The position numbers were made by a program, and so were the translations under genes. DNA of 12,480 nucleotides from Octopus sinensis (Eukaryota): positions 1 to 12,480 of the forward strand of contig NW_021826576.1 in assembly GCF_006345805.1 (NCBI RefSeq). The letters are read 5' to 3'. Position 1 is the first letter of the stretch; the number at the start of each line of letters is the position of its first letter. Positions 1 to 8,557 of the stretch are shown piece by piece. The notes beneath the pieces are model-generated. The model worked only from the letters and a program-made list of their open reading frames with translations. It had not been told where the DNA came from and did no database searches.

Positions 1-152
1 CAATATAATAGATATAATATACATACATATATATATATATTATATATATATATATATAAGACCAAAGTGTACGTACGCACTATATATATATATATTATAT
101 ATATATAATATATATATTATATATATATATTATATATATAATATATATATAT
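1..152. repeat. Interrupted (TA)n microsatellite
   Basis: Nearly pure TA dinucleotide with AA/TT phase shifts and a short non-TA insert at about 59-80. Confidence 0.95.
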
Positions 153-460
153 AATACAAAATGGGACAAGAACGCAAAACATGCAGACAGTTAGGTGAAA
201 CAAGAAAGGGACAACAGAACATCCAGATAGACGATACAAAGAAAACAAGGACGGGTCATTCCTTGAGGGTGGCCAGATTGGAGCAATATTGAGTATAACC
301 AGCCGAAATTGCAAAGATAATCTGGAACTCGACTAAGGAAAAAAACCCCGAATGACCCGTCCCTTGTTTTGTTTGTATCTTCTATTTGGATATTTTGTTG
401 TCCCCTTCTTTGTATCACGTCAATATCAGGATGTTTCGCGTTCTTGTCCCATTTTGTATT
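153..460. mobile_element. Fold-back / MITE-like element with ~110-bp imperfect terminal inverted repeats, embedded in (TA)n
   Basis: 153-182 AATACAAAATGGGACAAGAACGCAAAACAT is the reverse complement of 431-460 with 1 mismatch in 30. 201-261 pairs with 350-412 (about 6 substitutions and 2 indels). The 18-bp spacers 183-200 and 413-430 are equal in length and partly complementary. TA repeats flank both sides. No ORF. Confidence 0.8.
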
Positions 461-462
461 TT

Positions 463-494
463 ATGTATATATCTATATATATATATATATTATA

Positions 495-549
<55 letters not shown>

Positions 550-602
550 TATATATATATATATATAGATACATATATATATATATATGTATATATATAT
601 AT
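463..602. repeat. Interrupted (TA)n microsatellite
   Basis: TA dinucleotide run with occasional AA/TT/GA/GT interruptions. Confidence 0.95.
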
Positions 603-617
603 GTTGTTGCGTGTGTA

Positions 618-811
618 TCACCCGGGCGAAATGTTTGGCGGTATTTCGCTCGTCTTAACGTTAAGAGTTCAAATTCCACAGAGACCGACTGTGCTTTTTT
701 ATCCATTTGGGGTCGATAAAATAAGTACCAGTTGAGTACTGGGGTCGGTGTTATCACCTGTCTGCCTTCCCCAAAATTTCAGGCCTTGTGCCTTTAGTAG
801 AAAGGATTATT
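618..811 (+). mobile_element. 5'-truncated tRNA-derived SINE (family 'A', octopus-type)
   Basis: B-box-like GAGTTCAAATTC at 665-676, followed by the body GGGGTCGATAAAATAAGTACCAGTTGAGTACTGGGGTCG and a tail ending GGCCTTGTGCCTTTAGTAGAAAGGATTATT. No A-box. It aligns with a second copy at 6499-6607. The resemblance to octopus SINE consensus is recalled, not searched. Confidence 0.8.
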
Positions 812-825
812 TTTTCGAAGTAAAC

Positions 826-910
826 CCTGATCAATAAGACCTTTGAGGAAAGGCAGTCTAACTGTGACCACCCATCCTGCTTAACAATATCTAGGATTAC
901 ATTATTTAAA
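826..910 (-). repeat. Diverged fragment of a short interspersed repeat (family 'X')
   Basis: The reverse complement of 891-904 (TAATGTAATCCTAG) is identical to 9025-9038. The downstream TGGTCAC...GCC(C)TTT motif recurs at about 6426-6444. Confidence 0.4.
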
Positions 911-1382
911 GCAGTTTAGACGTATTTATAACTGTGGGATCGAGGACTATTACTCAGTTATTTCTAGCAATTTGTGTGAACAGAAAGAGACCGCTACGTG
1001 CCGTGGCGGATAGTTTTCCTAATTAGAATATAGTACGCACCAAAGATAAACATTATTTTCAAAGCTGGTTGCTCAGACGACAAATGTAATCTTGGATCGT
1101 TCAACAGCCGCTCTTACGAAAGAGATACAGAAAAAGGAATAATAGATATGGAAACAGACACTCTCACACACTCTACCCCCTCTGTCTGTCCCTCACTCTC
1201 GCTATGTTTGTCTCTATCTGTCCACCTCTCTCTCTCTCTCTCTCTCAACCGTGTTTGTACAATTTCAACTACAAGACTTATATTTGAAATCTTCTCTTCC
1301 AGATTCGATACTGTCTTAAGATATTTTTATATTGTAAAGTCCATTATAACAAGCCATTTTTTTCATACTTAAAATGTAAAAT

Positions 1383-1590
1383 TATGTATGTATGTATGTA
1401 CGTATGTATGTATGTATATATGTATGTATCTATCTATCTATATATGTATATAAAAACGTGTATATATATGTATGTGTGAGTGTATAATTATGTATACTTA
1501 TATATAAGTACGTACTTATATACATTTACATACATACTCATACATACACGCATACACACACGCACGTACACACACATACACACATATACA
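1383..1590. repeat. Compound (TATG)n/(TA)n/(CA)n simple repeat
   Basis: Low-complexity tetra- and dinucleotide runs. Confidence 0.85.
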
Positions 1591-1715
1591 CATTTGCACG
1601 CATTTATACACTTTTAAAACAATTTTATGTGTGAAGTATACGGGACCATGAGTATATGTTAATGCGTATATTTGTATGAATGCTTATCAATGAATGCTTA
1701 TCAATGTGATATATT

Positions 1716-1758
<43 letters not shown>

Positions 1759-1950
1759 ATGAGCATTTCTAAGCTACACACTGTGTCTCAAGTATTGTTG
1801 ATCATTGTTTTGGTATATTGAGTTGAAATTTAAGAATAGAAAAAAAGATATCGGAACAAATAACTACTTTAAAGATACAAATATTAAATTTAGTTCAAAG
1901 GAGCACTAATAGAGTTTGATAAACAAGGAATAAAGCTGAAAACAGATACG

Positions 1951-1961
1951 CTCTCTCTCGC

Positions 1962-1997
<36 letters not shown>

Positions 1998-2298
1998 TAT
2001 ATATATATATATATATATTATAGATATATATATATATATATATGCATTGTATGTAGATATATATGTATATATATATATATTATATATATATAATATTATA
2101 TATATACATACACACACACACACATATATATATAATATATATATATATATTATATATAGATAGATAGAGATACATGTATAATAATTATAGGCATATAATA
2201 TGTATGATTATATACCATGTAGATCACATACACACAACACACACACACACACAAAATACATTTATACGTATATATATATATGTGTGTGGTGTGTGTGT

Positions 2299-2356
<58 letters not shown>
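1951..2356. repeat. Compound microsatellite: (CT)n, (TA)n, (CA)n and a long (TG)n
   Basis: (CT)n about 1951-1983, (TA)n about 1983-2160, (CA)n about 2226-2253, (TG)n about 2280-2355. Confidence 0.95.
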
Positions 2357-2358
<2 letters not shown>

Positions 2359-2771
2359 TGTGGGGAGAGAGAGATAGCCATTCAAACATTCTCTCATCGG
2401 GGAGCGTAATAGAAAACAACATGAATATATAAACATTTGTTTGTTTTTTCTTTTTGTACATATTTAGTAGAAGCCAAGGAAAAATATGTTTGATTGTTAT
2501 CGATTGAGACAATTATTTATAATCTTTAGATAATTATTGTTTGTCTAAATAGTTTGAATAATCTGCAAATTGAAAACACCAAACATTTTTAAACAAAGTA
2601 CACGGTTAGTAATTGTGAGGTAGGATGTATTGACGTATCATCGTATCACATAGCAACGTATTAATAAGAAACCGTCTGTCCGTGTGATAAACTAGGAGAC
2701 GGTGAATAAATATGACAATAACCATTACGTCGTGTTTATAGGAGTGTGCATATATATGTACACATATATAT

Positions 2772-2776
2772 CTCTG

Positions 2777-2835
<59 letters not shown>

Positions 2836-2852
2836 TTCTCTCTCTCCTCTCT
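2772..2852. repeat. (CT)n polypyrimidine microsatellite
   Basis: About 80 bp of CT repeat with TT interruptions. Confidence 0.95.
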
Positions 2853-3149
2853 TTATATATGTTTATATAAAGTAAAATACAGTGTGCCTCATATCACAAG
2901 GACCTTTGGTTTCCTGTTAGTGTAAGTTGCCTAGAGTTATTCTTTCAGAAGGTTACAGTGCTGGCTCTCATATACATTCGTTTGTTTGTGACATATTTCA
3001 AATTTTTAAAACATAACCACTGCAGTTACTATGGAGAAAGAAATTCACTATTATGGTAAAAGGTGTACAAAAGCAACATCTCCCCAATGTTGCCCTTTGT
3101 TGGATTCCCATATGTATAATATATATATATATATATATATGGATATATA

Positions 3150-3205
3150 TTTTCATTTTTCATTTTATCTAGTTTCAGCTCACGAGCTGTGGGCATGCTG
3201 AGGCA
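3150..3205 (-). mobile_element. Isolated retroposon 3' tail (SINE/LINE shared tail)
   Basis: The minus strand reads TGCCTCAGCATGCCCACAGCTCGTGAGCTGAAACTAGATAAAATGAAAAAATGAAAA. This matches the tail motif TGCTCCAGCATGTCCGCAGT at 3984-4003 and ends in an A-rich run. Confidence 0.65.
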
Positions 3206-3216
3206 ATGCTATTCAT

Positions 3217-3378
3217 AGAAAGTTGTGGCGAAAGAGTACAGCAGGAATCGCCACCACCCCCTTCCGGAGCTTCGTGGGGCTTTAGGTGTTTTCGCTCAAT
3301 AAACACTCACAACACCTGGTCTGGGAATCGGAACCGCGATCCTATGACCGCGAGTCCACTGGGCCATTGCGCCTCCAC
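3217..3378 (-). mobile_element. 3'-truncated tRNA-derived SINE (family 'C') with a damaged Pol III promoter
   Basis: Minus strand GTGGAGGCGCAA-TGGCCCAGTGG (A-box, 3366-3356) and GGTTCCGATTCCC (B-box, 3335-3323, canonical TTCGA broken). A-B spacing is 20 nt, against 32 nt in the SINE at 4281. The head is followed by TGTTGTGAGTGTTTATTGAGCGAAAACACC, similar to the start of the CORE-like domain at 4358-4385. Confidence 0.8.
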
Positions 3379-3559
3379 AACACACACACACACACAAATA
3401 TATATATATATATATCTACATATATATTAGTAAATTTTCTAGTTAAACTTTCTATAAGAGATGAATGAAAGCAGTAATTATACGGAGAAGTAAGGTTTAT
3501 CGCCACTTCAACATGGCTGTTTCATAGGATTTGATGTTACTACTATGTTAACTATATTC

Positions 3560-3658
3560 CTTCATTTGTTTTAGTCATTTGACTGCGGTTATGCTGGTGT
3601 ACCGCCTTTAGTCGAGCAAATCGTCCCCAGGACTTATTTTTTTGTAAGCCAAGTACTT
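3560..3658 (-). mobile_element. 3' end of SINE family 'B', inverted copy
   Basis: 3582-3658 is the reverse complement of 3929-4003 at roughly 85% identity. Confidence 0.85.
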
Positions 3659-3741
3659 GGGTAAGTGTGTTTTACTATAGTCTCTGACCGACCAACGCCT
3701 TGTGAGTAGAATTGGTAGAAGAAAACTGAAAGAAGCACGTC

Positions 3742-3808
<67 letters not shown>

Positions 3809-4030
3809 GTATGTTTGTATGTATTTTTGTATGTATGTATCTGTGTTTGTCCTCCCAACATCGCTTGACATTGCTGGTGTGTTTACGTCCCCGCCACTTA
3901 GCGGTTCGGGAAGTTAGACCGATAGAATAAGTACTAGGCTTATAAAGTATAAGTCCTGGTGTCGATTTGCTGACTAAAGGCGGTGCTCCAGCATGTCCGC
4001 AGTGCCTTGCCTCAAACTAGTAAAACAATA
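3657..4030 (+). mobile_element. 5'-truncated SINE family 'B' with an internal (TA)n/(TATG)n tract
   Basis: Starts at a CORE-like TTGGGTAAGTGTGTTTTACTATAG, followed by body ...AAACTGAAAGAAGCACGTCG, an internal microsatellite (3743-3840), then CATCGCTTGACA...GATAGAATAAGTACTAGG...GGCGGTGCTCCAGCATG and an A-rich tail. The tRNA head is absent. The layout matches my recollection of an abundant octopus SINE. Confidence 0.8.
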
Positions 4031-4039
4031 AGAGCATAT

Positions 4040-4280
4040 GCTTTCACATATGCGTGCATTGCGTGCGTGTATATATGCTGGTAAGTATGTACGTATGCAC
4101 GCATGCATGTCTATATATATATATATATATATATATGCGTGTGTGCGTGTGTGTGTATGTGTGTGTGTGTGTTTGTGTTGTGTGTGTATGTGTGTGTGTG
4201 TATGTGTGTGTGTGTTTGTGTGTGTGTGTGTATGTGTGTGTATGTGTGTGTATGTGTGTGTTTGTGTGTGTGTGTGTGTG
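4040..4280. repeat. Compound (TA)n/(TG)n microsatellite
   Basis: (TA)n about 4113-4136, then about 140 bp of (TG)n with TATG/TTTG variants. Confidence 0.95.
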
Positions 4281-4609
4281 AAGGTGCATGGCTCAGTGCT
4301 TAGAGCGTCGAGCTTACGATCGTGAGGTTGTGAGTTCGAATCCCGGACCGGGCTGCGTGTTGTGTTCTTGAGCAAGGCACTTTATTTCACGTTGCTCCAG
4401 TTCACTCAGCTGTAGAAATGAGTTGCGATGCCACAGGTGCAAGCTGTATCAGCCTTTGCCTTTCCCTTGGATAACATCGGTGGTGTGGAAGGGGAGCCGG
4501 TATGCATGGGCAACTGCTGGTCTTCCATGAACAATTTTGCCCGGACTTGGCCTGGGAGGGTAACTTTCTAGGTGCAATCCCGCGGTCAGTCATGACCGAA
4601 GGGCGTCTG
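4281..4609 (+). mobile_element. Near full-length tRNA-derived CORE-like SINE (family 'D')
   Basis: A-box TGGCTCAGTGC at 4289-4299 and B-box GAGTTCGAATCC at 4332-4343 with tRNA-like 32-nt spacing. Then TTGTGTTCTTGAGCAAGGCACTTTATTTCACGTTGCTCCAGTTCACTCAGCTGTAGAAATGAG (about 4360-4422), collinear with the MIR/CORE consensus (CCTTGGGCAAGTCACTTAACCTCTCTGTGCCTCAGTTTCCTCATCTGTAAAATGGG). Confidence 0.85.
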
Positions 4610-4626
4610 AATATATATATATATGC

Positions 4627-4873
4627 ATGTCCTTATTCAGTTTTATTTCAAGATTCGTTGCCATAGAGAAAGAGCCAGTTTCTAACTTAGGTCCAAGACC
4701 GCTTCATTTGAATTTGAACAACATCAACAGGGTATTTTCGTATGTGTATATGTATGTATGTAGGCATATGTGCATAGTTGTATGTATGTATGCATGCATG
4801 TATGTATGTATATGTGCAGATAAGTATGGTTTGTTTTTTATGTATACATTTTCATGCTTATAGTTGCATGCTC

Positions 4874-4904
<31 letters not shown>

Positions 4905-5222
4905 TGTATGTATGTATGTATGGATGGATGGATGGATGGATGGATGGATGGATGGATGGATGGATTATGTATGTATGTATGTATGTATGTTGTATGCATG
5001 CATGCATACATGTATGTCATTATTCAGTTTTTCAAGATTTGTTGCCAATAGAGAAAGAGCGGGTTTCGAACTTACTTCCAAGGCTCCTTCATTGGAATTC
5101 CAAAGCATCAACAGGGTATTTTTGCATGTATGCATGTAAGTATGTATATGTGCAGATTTGTATGCTTTACTTTGTGTATGTATTCTCATGCATATAGTTG
5201 CATATCTAGGCATGCTTATATA
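4627..5222 (+). mobile_element. Dimeric microsatellite-containing interspersed repeat, copy 1
   Basis: Unit A (4627-4740) and unit B (5014-5124) are direct repeats (ATGTCATTATTCAGTTTT...AGAGAAAGAG...TCAACAGGGTATTTT). Each is followed by a second shared segment (about 4807-4880 and 5141-5222). They are separated by (TATG)n-(GATG)n-(TATG)n at 4877-4990. Confidence 0.75.
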
Positions 5223-5629
5223 TCTGTATGGCTACGTATGTATGTATGCATATATAATAGTAGAATATATAAGTGATTTGTAAGTTAAAAGCGATGGGAT
5301 TTAATCATCCTTTGAGTCTCATTAATTTTCTAAAAGCTCACTACACACCCTTATTCAAAAAAATTTAAAAAATTATATATAACGAAGAAGAAATAAAACC
5401 ACTTCTGACACCTCTAAACTCCTAGAAAACGAACCCCACACACTCGACAAGCCTAACCCGGCCTTCTTACAATGAATCATACAATGGCAGATTTTTATTG
5501 AATTTTCATCCGTAAAATAAAACATGTTTATTCCATATTTAACAGAATCTATATTGTAATAATGGAAAGGTCATTTAAACAAAGGTTATTGCATATAAAA
5601 TAGAAAGGTTATATATATCAACGGAGACC

Positions 5630-5647
5630 GGGGGGGGGGGCTGGGGG
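5630..5647 (+). other. G-run with canonical G-quadruplex potential
   Basis: G11-CT-G5 can be arranged as GGG-G-GGG-G-GGG-CT-GGG (four G3 tracts with 1-2 nt loops). Confidence 0.5.
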
Positions 5648-5910
5648 AAAATGGTCTTTCTCTTTATTTATTTATCTATTTATTTATTTTTTGTTTATTT
5701 AATTATTTGTTATGCTAACAAGTTTTATCGCTCGCCTAGAAATGAACGAGAGAATTTGTTTAGAAAGACATTTATCTCGATAAAATGGATTGGAGATGAA
5801 ATGTTTTGTTTGGAGAAGAATGAGAAAATTGAGAAAAATTAATAACAACAGAAATAAAATAGTTTTATTTGCTGTTTTGTTGGGGGTCAAACATGCTTAT
5901 TCCACCCCTG

Positions 5911-5935
5911 CTCTTTCTCTCTCTCTCTCTCTCTC

Positions 5936-5979
<44 letters not shown>

Positions 5980-6010
5980 CACTTAGAAATGGATGCTTGG
6001 CGTTCAATTA

Positions 6011-6047
<37 letters not shown>

Positions 6048-6160
6048 TATATATATATATATATATGTATATACATATATCTTTATATAGATATATATAT
6101 CTGTTGATTTGTCTGTCTGTCTTTATCTGTCTGTCACTCTCTCTTTCTCTATCTATCTAT
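5911..6160. repeat. Compound (CT)n, (TA)n, (AAT)n, (TCTA/TCTG)n microsatellite
   Basis: (CT)n 5911-5938, (TA)n to about 5975, (AAT)n about 6012-6046, then TA/TCTA/TCTG repeats. Confidence 0.9.
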
Positions 6161-6498
6161 TTATCTACACGTGCTATACCCCTTCTCTCTCTTCTAAACT
6201 TATTAGCCATCTCTTCACATCTCATTCTTTCTCTTTCACTCTTTCCTTATTCCTTATGATATATTTTCACCCCATTACCTGAAAGCCTATCTCTCGAGCC
6301 TAATGAGGGCCACCTACTTAGATATTCAAACTGCTAGAAATAGCAACCAAATCTGCTTTAAAACAAAAGAAGAACACGTAGAATAAAATAGTTCTGAGTT
6401 CAAAATACTTAGTAAATCCTAGGATTGGTCACCACTGGAACGCCCTTTATCTTTTTCTTCTTAATGAAGGCTAACGTAGGATTAAACGACAATAATCT

Positions 6499-6607
6499 CT
6501 CGGACAGAAACGTTGGCACGTCGGACAAAACGCTTCACCTCATTTCTTTCAGTTCTTTAGGTTCTGAGTTCAAATCTCGCCGAAAAAGATTTTACCTTTT
6601 ATTCCTT
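6499..6607 (+). mobile_element. Degraded SINE family 'A' copy (5' half)
   Basis: Aligns with 618-708 and has the B-box GAGTTCAAATC at 6566-6576. A degenerate A-box region (CGGACAGAAACGTTGGCACG) precedes it. Confidence 0.7.
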
Positions 6608-6806
6608 GTCTTATAATGGCAGGCCTTGAACCCTGCAACTGATAGCTGTTCCTTTCAGGAGGAGAGGATTGTTATGATCTCGGCTATACGCTTTAGAAAC
6701 TGACAGGCTTTATGTGTCCTAGAGCTTGAGGAAGACATCGCACCACTTTCGTGTCTACGCGCGCGTGCGTGTGTGTGTGTGTGAATGTGTGTGTATCTAT
6801 AGATGT

Positions 6807-7285
6807 ATGTCATTACTGAGTTTTATTTAAGGGCTTCTTGCCAATAGAGAAAAAACTGGTTTCTAACCTAGATCCAAGACTCCTTCATTGAAATTTCGAC
6901 AACAACAACAGGGTACATTTGTATGTATGTATGTATGTATGTATGTATGTATGTATGTATGTATGTATGTATGTATGTATGCATGCATGTATGTGTGTAC
7001 GTATGTAATTATTCAGTTTATTTCAAGACTTCTTGTCAATAGAGAAAGAACCGGTTTCTAACCTAGATTCAACGTTCCGACATTGGAATTTCAGCATCAA
7101 CAGCAGTTTGTTAGTATGTATGTATGTACATATTTGTATGTTTTATGTATGTATTCTCATGCATATAGCTACATATCTAGACATGCTCATATATATTTAA
7201 AGGATAAACTTTTGGAAAGTTTTACAGATTTTTATAGTTCCAGTGACGGATTGGATCTGTAGTCTTCGAATCAGCTTTCTCGTTT
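6807..7285 (+). mobile_element. Dimeric microsatellite-containing interspersed repeat, copy 2 (with a longer 3' flank)
   Basis: Unit C (6807-6921) and unit D (7003-7110) align with units A and B and are separated by (TATG)n at 6921-6980. 7128-7196 matches 5155-5222 (TATTCTCATGCATATAG...CATATCTAG.CATGCT). The 3' boundary is uncertain. Confidence 0.72.
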
Positions 7286-7523
7286 CTCAAGATTGGTATT
7301 TAGGCAGTGTGTCACATATCCCAATGCCCCAATAATTATAAGTATAAACTAGAACTTGTAATCTGGATAGAGTAATTGCAAATTTCTCACTAGTTCAGCA
7401 TAGGTATATTATGTATGTAGGTATGTATTAATATATGTATGTATGTATGTATGTGTATGTGTATGTAAAACTTGTCTATGTGCGTGTGGGAGAATATATG
7501 TTATTTTATCGTTTTTATCTTAG

Positions 7524-7849
7524 AGAAGGTACAATGCCTTTAGCCATCGCAAATCTACCCAGAAGTTGCAGTATTGTTGTGCTTAGAATTCCTCTTCAAC
7601 AATTGCAAACGTGGAAGCTTTTTCTGCGATGCTACAGCTTGAAGAACCATAATGAAATCGAAAATCCAATGAGTGGACACTACGCATCTAGGGGTAACAG
7701 CCAGGAACTGATGCAGCTTACCAGCACGAAAATTTTCATGGATGCTCAGGAAGGGTTGGTGTCGCTTCACAACAAAAGGATTGTTCCCACGTGGCATTAA
7801 TCTTTGTCGAGAAAAAAATATGTTGGATACTTTTTGAACGCACCTCGTA
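7524..7849 (-). mobile_element. Internally deleted, decayed Tc1/mariner (mariner-type) transposon relic
   Basis: The minus strand starts TA|CGAGGTGCGTTCAAAAAGTATCCAAC (7849-7822). This matches the TA-CGAGG-N4-TTCAAAAAGT terminus of HSMAR2-like mariners (recalled). The opposite terminus is at most weakly preserved (about 7516-7545, ...AAGGTACAATGCCTTTAGCC). No transposase ORF is intact. Confidence 0.65.
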
Positions 7850-8518
7850 TGAATGTAAAAAGATTATCATCAATGTGTATGCATTTTTGTGATTTTATAT
7901 GCATGTCTGTATGAGTGTTTGTGTATGTGTATGCGTGTATGTGTGTGTGTGCTTGTGTGTATGCGGGCGTGAACGTACGTGTTTAAAGAGCAGAGATTCC
8001 ACTGATAGTTCGTAACTTCATTCAGAGATGTACATCTATTTAAACAGTTATCCATATAATTACGTAATCATATATAAATCATATATAATTAATTAATTTG
8101 AATATGATGAACAAACCGCTACATTAGGAAATAAAATCTGATTTTAATATTTCTCATTTATTTCCTGATGAAATGGTATAGTCATCTCATTCAAATTAAT
8201 TACGTAAATATATAAATGATCATGAGTGTATATCAACCACAGGAAACAACTGCAGGACTTCGAATGAAATAAATAAACCTCAATGAAAATATTCTTAATA
8301 TTTTGTTCTGAACATTCCTTTTCAGCCAATTTATCTATATGCAATCTCATTGCATTTATAGTTACTGCATTGAAGTAATAACTTATTGGAGTTTAACGAC
8401 ATGTTAAAAATTGTGCTCTTAAATTCAATGAATATGTTTTTATAGTCCTTACGCAATATATAAATTCAGTAAATTAAATATACGCTCACACATATATGTG
8501 TGTTTGTATGTGTACATA

Positions 8519-8557
<39 letters not shown>

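Noticed and set aside
2643-2657. Full RFX X-box
   Set aside because: Only the CATAGCAAC half matches, and the other half deviates from GTNRCC.
3073-3093. Small hairpins (GCAACAT/ATGTTGC here; also CATCCA/TGGATG near 5976-5995)
   Set aside because: Stems of 6-7 bp are expected by chance in 12 kb.
4281-4355. Possible tRNA gene
   Set aside because: A and B boxes are present, but there is no proper acceptor stem or downstream oligo-T terminator, and the sequence continues into a CORE-like SINE body.
117-6259. The many listed ORFs rich in YI/IY, CV/VC, HT/TH, YVCM, MDGW, SL and N runs
   Set aside because: They are translations of (TA)n, (TG)n, (TATG)n, (GATG)n, (CT)n and (AAT)n tracts, which lack stops in some frames, or they run across SINEs. 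No domain is recognisable.
6391-6574. 14-bp direct repeat GTTCTGAGTTCAAA (6391-6404 and 6561-6574) as a target-site duplication
   Set aside because: The second copy is the internal B-box of a SINE rather than an element boundary.
6646-6705. Good-looking acceptor TGTTCCTTTCAG at 6658
   Set aside because: All three downstream frames hit a stop within 15 codons, and no convincing donor follows.
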